Below, piece by piece: positions 45,901 to 48,510 of a stretch of 64,000 nt of DNA. Position 1 is the first letter of the stretch. Each line of letters begins with the position of its first letter. The stretch lies in the NCBI GenBank assembly GCA_030698625.1, contig JAUYMS010000017.1, positions 12,962-76,961 on the forward strand. The letters run 5' to 3'. Under the pieces are notes generated by a model. That model did no database searches, had not been told where the DNA came from, and saw only the letters and a program-made list of their open reading frames with translations. A program made the translations under genes and the position numbers. The DNA is from Candidatus Omnitrophota bacterium. Lineage in GTDB: Bacteria > Omnitrophota > Omnitrophia > Omnitrophales > Aquincolibacteriaceae.

Positions 45901-48319
45901 GGGGCATCGCTGGCGCCTCAATTATCAGTTTCTCGGAAACTATGCCAGTGAAGTGACGATCGCTTCGGAGGTGCAGAAGCCTTCGAGAATGCACTTCGAC
46001 GATAGCGAAGCCTATGCGCAGATGCTCAATGAGATGTTCGGCGCCGAACTGAAAACCAGAGCGGGGTCCTGGTCGGAAAACTCGAAACGGGCCGGGGACC
46101 CCATCCACGCCTGGTCATACCATTACATGAACGTTCTGCCGGTCGATGATGCGATTGCGAAACGCCTGGCCGAGGGGCTCGTGGAACTGCAGGATACGAT
46201 CGATGTTCTAGGCCTCACCCGGTATCAAGATAAAGACGCACTGAATTACCTTGATGCCGAGGCCCTTGTCATTGCCCTTTATCTCAAACATCAGGGCCGC
46301 CTGCAACCTCACCGCTCCGAACTTCGAAGCGAACAAGAAGATTTAACGGAACAGGATCTCTCCGCTCTCCTAAGGCCATGGATTGTCCATTTTGATCCCG
46401 ATGCCGGCTATACGGCTTTTACGCGAAACAAAGACGGAAAAATCTATGAAATCGTTCTGTGGGTCAGCACTCCCAAAGACGAGGCAGGCAAGCGTCATCG
46501 CTACCTAAGAACACCGATACATATTATCCAGGGCTTGTACCCTCAGTACAAACTCGACGGCGATATACAAACAGATAAGGTTTCGGTCGGAGGCGGGAAG
46601 CGCAGATTTTATGTGTCGCTGAAGTTTGAAGAGGAGGAGAAAGCCGCGGAGGCGGATGAGTGGGCCCTTGATCTGCAAATCAATGACCGTCCCTTTCGCA
46701 GAAAAAAACCGGCCGCCGTCTGGAAGCTGGAGTTTTGGACCCAACCGTTAGTTGTGGTCCTCGCCGTCGCAGGGTTCCTCATTATGCCGGTACTCATTGT
46801 TCTGTCCTTCTTCGGCACACGACCTTCAGAGGAAGGGGAAAACGCGAAAAGCCGGCGCGATACATCAGGCGGCACAATTACAGTCCCGGGTTCAGCGGTA
46901 CCCGCTGAACCTGAGGCCAAGCTGAAGCCGCCCGCCGCGCCCGCCCGTCAACTCGTGAATCTTTATCCGTCGAAGGAGAACGAGATTGCCAATCTCAGGT
47001 TGCCGGTAAAATATGAAAATAACAGCGTGGTGCTTACGCAGGGAACCGGGTTTGTGGAATGGCGGACGCCTTTGTCGGGTGCGGATATTCATCCCGACAG
47101 CGGGTACAAATACATGACTATTTTCATCGATGCCGACGTTCCCTACGGACTTTTTCTGGAGTTAAAAAATAGTACGGCCGAGCGTCTGGCCGGCCATGAC
47201 CCATTGGATCCTTCAGGGCTCGTAAAGCTTTATATCGGGGGTGACGAAACAGCTCGCGCGCAAGGTTATGTCACGATCCGGCTTCAAGGCAAGCATGTCG
47301 CCAATTTAACGGACTATTTTGTCTCGGCAATTGCCGTATCTGACGTCATGGTGGGTGAAGGCAAGTCAGTTACGATACGCGGCTACCGCTTTCACGATAC
47401 TCCTTCGCCTAACACTGCCGCCGACAGCCGTGGCCGCTCGGAACTTAGGACGGTTTCGGCGAGGCCGGCCTTGAGCACGGAACGCGTCGATCAGGTTGCG
47501 CAGGTGGCTCTTGCGCGTGATCTCCTGTTTGGTATTTTGGCCGTTCGCGTCGCTGCGGAACTGGCAGCGAACATCTATAAGAAGCTGCTCATCGAAATGA
47601 ATGTCTTGGAGCCGGAAGTTGTGTCTGTGCTCAGCGACGATCTGCGGAAGGCGCTCAGCATTCCGGTCGATCCGCGCGAACGTAATGGATTTGGTGTTTC
47701 TGTCGTGCAGGCCGATCAATTCGATGCGGTCGGTTACTATGCCGCCGATATTCTGCTGCGTGAATATCCGAACAAACTTCAGATTGTGATCACCTCAATG
47801 ACGGAGGCCGAAATCGACAGGTTGGAAGGCAGTCTTAAAGAACCGCTTACGGGCCGCCTCTTTCTGGTGCCGGCAAGCGAGGATTATTCTACGACCCTGC
47901 TGAACCTGTTACGGGGTATTCGCAAAAAAGTCGCGGCTTTGCCCCGTATCATGAGTACCGCATCGCGCCTGGCCGAGAATGCCGGCGATGTCGGTAATGT
48001 GACCTTAGGAAATTTGCATCAGTTCATTAGCGTGGTGGGAACACCTGCGAATGGGATTGATCTCAGCCAAATGCGTTTGAGCCTCTTAAGCTGGCGCTTG
48101 GTGCACGAGCTTCAATTGATTACGGCCGCGCTAACGCTATCGCTTGCGACAGCAGGGATTCTTAGCGCGGATCAACTGGATTTGAACACCGTCCATAGCC
48201 TGGACAATTTGCATCGCGAAGGCTCAAGTCATGTCGCGACCATCTCTCCTCAGCAGGCATTACTTGAGGCCCTGCAACAACTTACGCAAATTGCCCAGAC
48301 CCTTGCCGCCGCTGCATAA
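21986..48319 (+). CDS. Giant modular protein 2 (8777 aa): leader, conserved N-terminal domain, 14 RSE[L/P]R-delimited modules
   Basis: Uninterrupted ORF, AAGGA SD, leader ending WSAP, IHIQDAH/LVEGG/GGFH N-domain, 13 RSELR plus RSEPR, many recognisable enzyme domains in frame. Confidence 0.95.
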   Translation: MSKNTSILYPWIKLIATVTVCLFTLNTVAWSAPTVPQANITLSAPFKSPEIKDLSLLERFTIPPHLGSIEAIHIPQDISERMASPTIIHIQDAHTSLEAQIKMKELIHYLHEKHNFDLILVEGGQGALDAERLDFFDNPALNQKVATDLAQKGEIGGAELYLLENREQGAEVVGVEDDRLYWENLAAFRRVLAGRDKSDDFLDNLKTSLGSLSSLYFSPELRDFTRDWLLIQDSTEKTIQRLGVLKKAALGHLQVDLDNAAEQKSWPYLVRFFKVRELERALDFKQAGMEKGHIVEWLATQKLDSYWAEGLQLLFDEGNQNPTDPNDVRKNPRPFLERFYQAVKPLGFNFDKYENFGRYLALVTLEREIDASAFFREIQNLTKKITVSLAHSDEAGRLVELLEDYQLCKKLFGLELTRSEFSAIQKSRDKYLPRAMADRALAFDNGRTKLTFNSLSDLDALFRLVLRFYEGTMQRDMAMIENAMSVMKSKKSNKAILVTGGFHSEGLRGLFEEKGFAYAQVAPRISELNSTVNYHDVMQGKIDDVLLQNSQLKSALYLIARSNVRPERAIRILRAAGFRPQDLLNIPAENILSDPRTRALPNGAQRDLALHFLRLQVALYQELKQAESVAAVLSGRTQRTADGFGSAEPRFARSVTGVVTQWVRSRSELRASLVATEMMLSDILPAGEVIDRVIIVADNSGTLTEHRKKPLEGEMLNALRAFLGEAGNALLVNSGDPFAMITTVSQEPLLTSLDAESASRMRLITDGGKTKLSVGAGGTIENKVTDPDWSRDVQIAYTRALIESFYDAVKKRHGPLKDMIGDIADSTLEDFRAELLGKLRDEDELGRWGIPSSGEQVYEFSIVTDALREKIGDVFVYEAGSKVTLEMESARDAYSLALIQDIEAGFRARHVTGDGSLYVASGDWFVDITATTKALAVKKTLEDIFSEIGPEENVVIFIIGDGGNDLDTLNLDLSGRAHTAVIPVFLQHDEIYGEALPAHAWVSRETKMDGGLEVVRYALGLVGKKVSETAALPLLKWQRSEPRADEATEAIDLKDKTVLLLPGGGSLVEKMGKVLYEEDETYRKVMDDAAKILGYNLAEKIFTLSEKELENPIYDEPAIVLTLYALYASVEAALGYPPEEGAIYGLSRGAITAAMIAGSLSFEDGVRLAQRYGEALSKTPAGAMIQVMGLPGETVEGIAADLDLDIGVDLGETPAMGHVLTISGPAEVIKEAARRVEAAKTVEHPHVQVVQLANGGVASHSRVIQEAVDDIENFIKTLEVRKPYVPLVSNIDGSFLTTAAQVENELSQHLANRIRFPAVQETLKAAGANRFMELGTRRKGVLSRFLYKTDPRPEYVDAPAAGDATNWERFVAKFKTPAMPERLVTKLRSVNQEGADNLKVSDENEEYRRHWIRTNQLIRQGLEEAGDGGTVLLFGLGNGNEFAERYKREDPDFLTLADLARRVDRIVVFEADPESAQRTIASIGDPALEAKFTLELGDVTRLGAAFARKAGKVIQTSSRDDVIEDLTEMISQIRIPVMDYSEYEASLVLAPTVLSQIFLHTRRALYEMLDEQFGDFGGVNLSGPEDEKLPLAVAMSMLEGDIHLAFLRSLRRGVTDDGRAVISWTKDRVQGVTSEDGVFTVKHTEYLLFSNYIRDVMELFEGEFAAWHWMLISDFQSPTGMSVGFNVQGALLSPKAVDMNSLSKPGAFLPLVSTKKTKQAMAAGKKRDPNEPLPHGAEWRFERVREPADSRKYLRLAEKAQRLSRVYSADASSTVAFYFISRSLREFEERGEQAWEIFDHTGRTVGLSVLSKPRSDTLSAELRSLIAAGGELAERETAIIPEYQRRGIGAGIGIETLRYLQDHADEGIRFLHSRIDYGHESSFRFLHRAAQELGLPIRLVPGPAGETGAHHLLVDLYPTEDRSDEIKTIIKEFAGLSANIDKAWEQLQKLEQTERSELRATPIHDERLGERAYIKESQTARLQGSDRFPAGYRSLFIGNGSDPYPVEEARLGAVSDAIDTRYGDEIMAGTEKVFREAADRFSIPMVGEQPVLRFLRGDINDRTESETQAQTIARLLGLPSAEDALDHISVLDFFIDPGDAGPTGSFDFLLRNAMQAQLLQRGVQGIVEDSVRAEPAINLFKALLELVKPGGTIEFSEEPLVPEGRLPVTAFSVFETLLKDSGYQEGRDYRREIVGTTNIEHNGIALYTILNKPELGPAQIDVQFAGRIERWGAERGSDEDMASAIHDFFLGGSEDTLAVAEQLFGEAIRMRDIEKIEARHFAHDPVLHMFDAKMTLKDGNSRDFSLILPVEVGDEESDFVRGFRNVEEMQRRGFTNTIKLLRLGRGQIAARHPQMNGKPLAIAAVEDLGGFAILQPRYYARADFSVRGLDNSNRVLREVKVFEEPLPVQHAILSEVGKYMTLLTGHEPDSDEISYVSVNFGLRDVLTRIYRGHDFDIKTLLVRGIADNRKPENFLDYLMGGRFVLLDGRALFPVEPLLRGIAMGLIEKFGKQDGSRYFKDWMQRYREVLSNRAEALRAWQSKLYDGGANPRDFLDADLVSWLEMQIEDAKKDEDLAVFYPWGTEKFETYLETGKRDSDGTIVKFPAAILKVTERVLAAVEALPKTQSEIQAFAAERPEIRFAGPVDQLPERSELRADDPWHETQLAYLMQQSDEAYRDAKIGELVEAGQFTRSTRDATVPAASRVLEQQKSETAPIGYFSSLLRLAGGDEVGASFEARFGTEGSVTVDEVFHYFLEQIDTITHEDGTSIVNDSLLDTNESKKRLLNEIYPVILFSFAGITRKHVTIPYIFHLLGVALLTVQTLAESNITHTQPRNEREAWVMDMLIASLYHDLIEDTAFSPFNLEKFTSRKARLRIEALTKLDVLENIEGIPAEPLAKLKKRIEKINYTELKKGPKTLVIKFADRMYNLADAFVTANFLRGTDEAVFATAEAFRIKYVTQTTGEDGFLANLVYGENLPTGEPWFIDVANFFVARINEITGESNPQLARESEAAQAGEWIDLLDRDYERARQTLMSMEADERDRVRLDAIEALRNEIARMHRGTIHLEPVTALTQDLKGDYTVRRLTSLREDLVVKDFDHAETPGYEGDYLRESRHISQLVARRGTEEYLMRLKLFWLQTLPEDFSIVHVASGVNYIPSYLFPYTAVTLMTVNASAANFIMSSVTGIDDSAWNLNLIKNLDYSDGIDALDIPKLRGAIDSSPQAKPSQRVFFFSNFEPWARNSWTFFENQRTRYRTKEPPADLAETWAREADEGLIREGDTLIFSGDGDSAIMEALIARGFVELRYPAGVQESLLAADAGDYSVNYIDDQYIEWARTFRVLQKPYSDAAATETDPISSAQWVKSDRSELREDTAVDTAVKVGAVVVGTAAAGTAGYYLLRKKGDGSGKPEPIRVEARQVGRREFMQTSTAVMASMSPAAKLFLGQAAAETAVETVAGTFNAQTEMMFAIARAINGIARVEDGSSSGAPLVTDILPWHLENNPDLMPDQVEALREKILVAQDHVSKSVSKQIFARASRIQLPEGISNSTELDEFVRKFLLPLTRTLGNEVGTIVKGLKTRAFAQMALRKAAETAKPAGLKDYNAEKAAKAEQGQQYADYAKDEAARIFRIETALEDKRRRFSAEYDRLQAELKIVRDEAAEPLIGSDLGGDQDKHYARSLLPILAAEAKALAAKLGELRTLIGISRKRQKAEMWYDTELGNLANSFGRKIDTYLQGFRRSGEADPKPALQIITDFLREIGREDLLSTLELYQYDNPQIKDNKMWAVIVDGHQTLAFLQLSGTYHVSLLNDPVYYGKTTEKGFEARGNGAQRGARLFLRYFAPRSLYPEETQGDVSVVKLPDGRTIEILRDPQLLGRYLSLTVKDADGNEISHSVETLHTVVELGAPEPRTKYEFTRRDGKYVLLPARSELRSQGAFTFYEKDEPILHVQINVSPGGDSADFNLAAIESALLGLMKTKRALIKSADPKPELLWQISKAGPNLAIGDENRTIYPIAVEGARPSLLLKIKDPGNASNIIATAYIHEVSGEIVSDSFAKEREIAREAVARLDRRTKKIERVLIVDDESNRRAVVRRVLRDANKSSEETEYGEAENGRDAVNVFRHSTYDLVITDMDMPNGNGDEFIREIRRTAGPKVPVILLSGSQWAHEQVRKKLGPNAISLAKKGSGYNANLVLQFVIEELQNQVRRSELRLSIGEIEQFLKTKQEGLIAGYAQHFVDDIASLSDEDIQQGIRDFSLDEEVYGRPALDAEQLEDRTPEGRYAIVTEALFRYLRAHQGRVANYAIELARMVSDKFPDEFNYNDEEARKLFRVSVLAHDIGKVKVKPSILLFSKGLLKGDDLETMRSHAALGADIARDYLNEIGVDPEVRDSVVNVVNFHHEDWNGEGYPQRLKGKDIPFLARLVRIVDTMEAMRPLIPRFHSYKSSTVAQVMGLLETGKEKYFDPSLVDILLDGIREDKATARRFAGLLLTDLETLDDALGIERSELRSSTETADDDFEQQLADVAEIVQNLVRGTGEASKSAVSIVMSLAESGYFHPHQSWLQRRRPLQGSQLEAQRRRIKLSFTDAPYPGHTPENAFFSLTITGIPNNERLRNLAAALKEAHIVSATSSLDLLVILEALVKQLPSSNFDAEKLQQLAARVQAVNEESGTLGLSQVLLALRELTKNHFFHRRGFNDVMRAIDVLESIAADERREQLFSLFYYLNKEEFFLERGWSLARISRGLVLIVSKIPVVNFILGLFLQWLWMRAEWLVSFFLAEKQSVSRLEWAGLAASSEDLQEITSAWAKLSLSVENRGISRRFYLNAHLLRQLGPKGARAALPSWMSRLEVWEKDHAREFLSEAFLSGPVDQPDAASPQPSSSRALSTMINTRLSDSFLNLGPGMPGDRKIGVYYGYLLNHILAQSIVDTDKDPAHLKQMAFELAALLIADKKVMPWVVIAVLDELELFEAKQEIVTVVGTAAAIAAHHGADFKEELYSKFLTHSIPRIALESPELPMEFSALQRAVAGILGFYQDERYALDLIKVTGRYLSDEGRPDVIADRIAELDAVESIHFETPRIRKQVIDKLARVHTRAQGSRFFVSDEVQQRRQEVLENLRAEKQPARIVTAGLLAEFEEYISTVASEDEIGLVKSLNRYGHLLHRNRRGAVPFGALGVLGTPGSRWHDEFPAVKLTNTSLDEVDIYEGYDGPNWLMGEGFSSRAAYRAVQEKIRDAVNAGRIDYANAAAVMNAQAKRIERSELRLPGEKVAVIGGAGFVGATEASMLSARFGHDVTGVDIKDESVKSLNGGTLVNYAPGLEEILQEGLNTNRLRFTTHLEQAIKDREFIFLALPTPYKEDTGEADISFLENAVRDIVRLAEPGKRKIIIGKSTAPPATAKRLKEIIAEELPEGAEVHLAWIPEFLREGMEVEDALGGSGRMVIGADSPEIAERVASLYAPERINPKYPTRNPNRPGEPIPIVKMGIESAMLVKYAANGFRATKISFINLISWFTEELGFKIGDISAAIGEDPRILKPFLQAGCGWGGSCFPKDSLSFLRQVVDAGIPYGLMLDTFAVNEIQWRTFVHRIDEQLSGVKDKTVVILGGSFKPGTSDVREARSILIIKELLSRGARVRVFDPVAIPFLKKEFPGEAGIEYFEVSEDGLEAADYESMKGADAVALVTAWETFKSLDFEHLRDVTFSGRALPTIFDGFNGWNPETLGGLGFSYTGISHNKFDSDLVGEATVDNQEEFVELTKQLFLALRVSYTNMLAEMAEAAGADIREVLTGIGFDPVIGPEHLKPGLGFGGLHLSRALERFESMAVALNFRAFYSAEYVTRRHQIQDHFGFGKNGMGDSPDRIPFVSAIREENERSIRLHVDMIREAAGGDLTGKKIAVLGLAYKPGTNVIDNAPSVKLINTLLEAGAIIQATDEDEQVIAKIKQEFRQVESGRLQFFADARDAVQKSQVQVLVTEWPRYRDWNDFVFEAAQVNFVDGRHFYDPAEFKNSGINYYAIGVPRGDRDRSELRSEEGLASTVFKMLESFDKPFKDNRKAITDYIRPLGREQKIEAFNLLVDVLVDATAKGRARELAGRVLPKVIEDLGRDDKVDNVAVILPALRKVIATIDQIVKGMRPKTREEGIFVWYAMDFVETVEDYASGKNIQHVVDKALGNKLKNIEGELGTIFWIREVDSPWWRFEGQTEDLGYLHISARHHAKELKRVAKRIKRPAEDTEERETPEELWARAVRAYEGMGLLRQQALILWQLESRDMTAENPHQYEIEDKIHEIARLAAESRPVFEGITADLRKTYTKPWPKRDPKKKTLFPGLSALPSEQVALEADERMIEKPNGMKQELANQIFGLFAKMKRHSKEIARWGAITTGIINKIQEGSSEDQGVAIKELREIIRERAYPELEELSRLSAEIMMTIGWLGTTTEEDHAAEINAAQDLGRQIREALRSDPDDDGKDTEVREYLNSEEFREMEPNDRLGAVIDQLRNNGLNLDGENMNDIYNKLPLQLGDYVSRDDITTYDMEASIYRKIREAVADPQIQRFLLAEDFMKLDPLERLPALIAEIRQARLPLDAENVMQIRQALPRVLADHTEVTRPISDDGELGEEYEKRTQIFKQDIPALDLPFNVFVQMRDLVEMSEVQSYLDSPEFRAVPAERKLATFVAKLQDGETGMNFILETDDLELIHRALPEDLSNKTKKTEMPLPVAEDAEAETAGYLGWVRPFLDFLRKLFRAAVEYFPNRIQLGRDRKAVEQATRVAFETRAIHEESRKYYLDIFEEIEKLRKATGRNTFPIAAEDTYGLSPEPASPPAVDPSGTGRSELRSDFEVARAATQDQLKELLGQHFAIEVLDDALTDRLSPDIFTFWYALIKAAHLDKSALRRVIFTLWDRAHEKTLVYEGKEIELTETDKLLYHSQGGYHKDTSSVIVNTSGTMPLAMIVAHEIGEAIVKVYGFRYYLPESQHEYLVHYVLKSLLKEVDPKYIQEYDDATSGSLGKVGYDVSRSRVSMIESVGNAILKNAKFAKAKKRAGFLPELERFEEDVPWSALRDKDPAARSKTYFKEGDRVVIDVRGREGPYIGSGVLAVKGVISSVNRDGQSVYVNLVTDSGEIQNSVFGTNIGDAKLWKWDEGKEPFVPEGGELRKEEYTSVLELPAAIAKALWDDASFLTVGELRNALGMGLLHLIPGIDYEAIRTIREKLASVRSELRAEYDAYIVSGAERALRPAGEVSRKGANLLTMASLGLPVPDFVIVTTDLAKDRGGNIDFDELAAALTAQFEGKLGEDYRLRVRPAAIETMPGVLDTYAGIASGTDLAEALRRAYAQWEDPFTSAYRDEFGIPHDSGIAITVQVEINVSGTPKSAAGAFHTRDPKSGEDRLTGTYYIGAPGEKTMSGSEDPAFRTVEDHLQTDFPDLHTKLVEIKGILEKHYGYPQIVEFIIEDGKIHLLQTDHMDLDEAGIGERVMDDMFRQKLTSIKRITAARKAREALKVAIRAVREDAKKETVPGFALSRGAAVGVLAFSLEAAERYRADGKQVILLVPERNRAVWTAMIQKKLDGLLLLFGNYNMHEARIARRIALPAVSSLEDREFDGASFRVGNISLKEGDRIAIDGNTGKIVLPQGRHVLETVAETAVETASEVDPEEVAQKTREAFGALSYQQLVVLHSVLAANVSYEDLTHSGAADDAIALETALDEIHILVTKAGTVLGRTELEIGRELQTVRNTYWQHVEAREIPEAIRFTTQDELIANGIAKTGLILAPVRGLRIESIDKLKGFGKDLVLRSADLNLPIEFTATLAGDLTALEATPDLLAIGMAIEIEAEYINLIGEEAIASFFFEKEKVKKTQLVNVTVTVEDAASGRVKIRGEFPFEQYMPVFTAQIRILTAAGDKWYSEWRDDDRGDLVGIHWEKPSTVRRERIEQLIRAKEFKAASADSDRLKQERAYELVREALNNTTFSYGMGSGYSNRLDGILEELGEEGHRWRLNYQFLGNYASEVTIASEVQKPSRMHFDDSEAYAQMLNEMFGAELKTRAGSWSENSKRAGDPIHAWSYHYMNVLPVDDAIAKRLAEGLVELQDTIDVLGLTRYQDKDALNYLDAEALVIALYLKHQGRLQPHRSELRSEQEDLTEQDLSALLRPWIVHFDPDAGYTAFTRNKDGKIYEIVLWVSTPKDEAGKRHRYLRTPIHIIQGLYPQYKLDGDIQTDKVSVGGGKRRFYVSLKFEEEEKAAEADEWALDLQINDRPFRRKKPAAVWKLEFWTQPLVVVLAVAGFLIMPVLIVLSFFGTRPSEEGENAKSRRDTSGGTITVPGSAVPAEPEAKLKPPAAPARQLVNLYPSKENEIANLRLPVKYENNSVVLTQGTGFVEWRTPLSGADIHPDSGYKYMTIFIDADVPYGLFLELKNSTAERLAGHDPLDPSGLVKLYIGGDETARAQGYVTIRLQGKHVANLTDYFVSAIAVSDVMVGEGKSVTIRGYRFHDTPSPNTAADSRGRSELRTVSARPALSTERVDQVAQVALARDLLFGILAVRVAAELAANIYKKLLIEMNVLEPEVVSVLSDDLRKALSIPVDPRERNGFGVSVVQADQFDAVGYYAADILLREYPNKLQIVITSMTEAEIDRLEGSLKEPLTGRLFLVPASEDYSTTLLNLLRGIRKKVAALPRIMSTASRLAENAGDVGNVTLGNLHQFISVVGTPANGIDLSQMRLSLLSWRLVHELQLITAALTLSLATAGILSADQLDLNTVHSLDNLHREGSSHVATISPQQALLEALQQLTQIAQTLAAAA
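23996..25099 (+). other. Giant 2 module: HAD-IIB-like domain with altered motif I
   Basis: IIVADNSGTL, LVNSG, FVDITATTKALAV, IIGDGGNDLD. Confidence 0.65.
25115..27847 (+). other. Giant 2 module: FabD-like acyltransferase, methyltransferase-like and GNAT domains
   Basis: LLPGGGS, YGLSRG, ASHS, LVSNIDG, FMELG (FabD); LLFGLGNG...VVFEAD...GDVT (MTase); IIPEYQRRGIG (GNAT). Confidence 0.75.
29951..32077 (+). other. Giant 2 module containing a RelA/SpoT-type HD ((p)ppGpp hydrolase-like) domain at ~30350-30800
   Basis: GITRKHVTIPYIFHLLGVA, ASLYHDLIEDT, ALTK, VIKFADRMYNL. Confidence 0.8.
33773..34591 (+). other. Giant 2 module with a response-regulator receiver domain
   Basis: RVLIVDDE, EAENGRDAV, YDLVITDMDMPNGNG, VPVILLSG. 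Confidence 0.88.
34607..35479 (+). other. Giant 2 module: HD-GYP cyclic-di-GMP phosphodiesterase domain
   Basis: LAHDIGK, HHEDWNGEGYPQRLKGKDIP, ARLVRIVDTMEAM, FDP. Confidence 0.9.
37751..40024 (+). other. Giant 2 module: UDP-glucose/GDP-mannose dehydrogenase with duplicated central and C-terminal domains
   Basis: VIGGAGFVG, LPTP, GKST, PEFLREG, KYAANGFRATKISFIN, GWGGSCFPKD, FKPGTSDVRE; second copy GFGGLHLSRA...LGLAYKPGT. Confidence 0.92.
43601..46312 (+). other. Giant 2 module: pyruvate-phosphate-dikinase-like ATP-grasp plus phospho-His domain (~43660-44830), followed by an unknown region
   Basis: KGANLLTMASLGLPVP, MPGVLDT, GAFHTRDPKSGE, VEFIIEDGKIHLLQT, MHEARIAR, LKEGDRIAIDGNTG. Confidence 0.85.
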
Positions 48320-48510
48320 GCGATAGCAATTTATAACAGGGCCCAGTTTATTATCACTTGCTGTCATCCCCCCTATTCTATTAGGCCAGGGCATAATTCC
48401 ACTAAGTCGTTGGGTTGAAAACGGTTAGTTCATGTGCGAACCTTTCTCGATCTTCACATCAAACCAAAATTCCGTCTTACAACGTCAAAGGACTGGGGGG
48501 TTTTTCGACG

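Larger units (their letters stand above)
23981..47449 (+). repeat. RSELR peptide-delimiter array in giant 2
   Basis: Motifs start at 23981, 25100 (RSEPR), 27848, 29936, 32078, 33758, 34592, 35480, 37736, 40025, 42434, 43586, 46313 and 47435. Confidence 0.95.

Noticed and set aside
670-47789. Antisense and alternate-frame ORFs inside giants 1 and 2 (e.g. 11056-11967, 30287-31180, 41204-42037)
   Set aside because: They overlap well-supported coding frames completely and have no family motifs, as expected of antisense ORFs in GC-rich genes.
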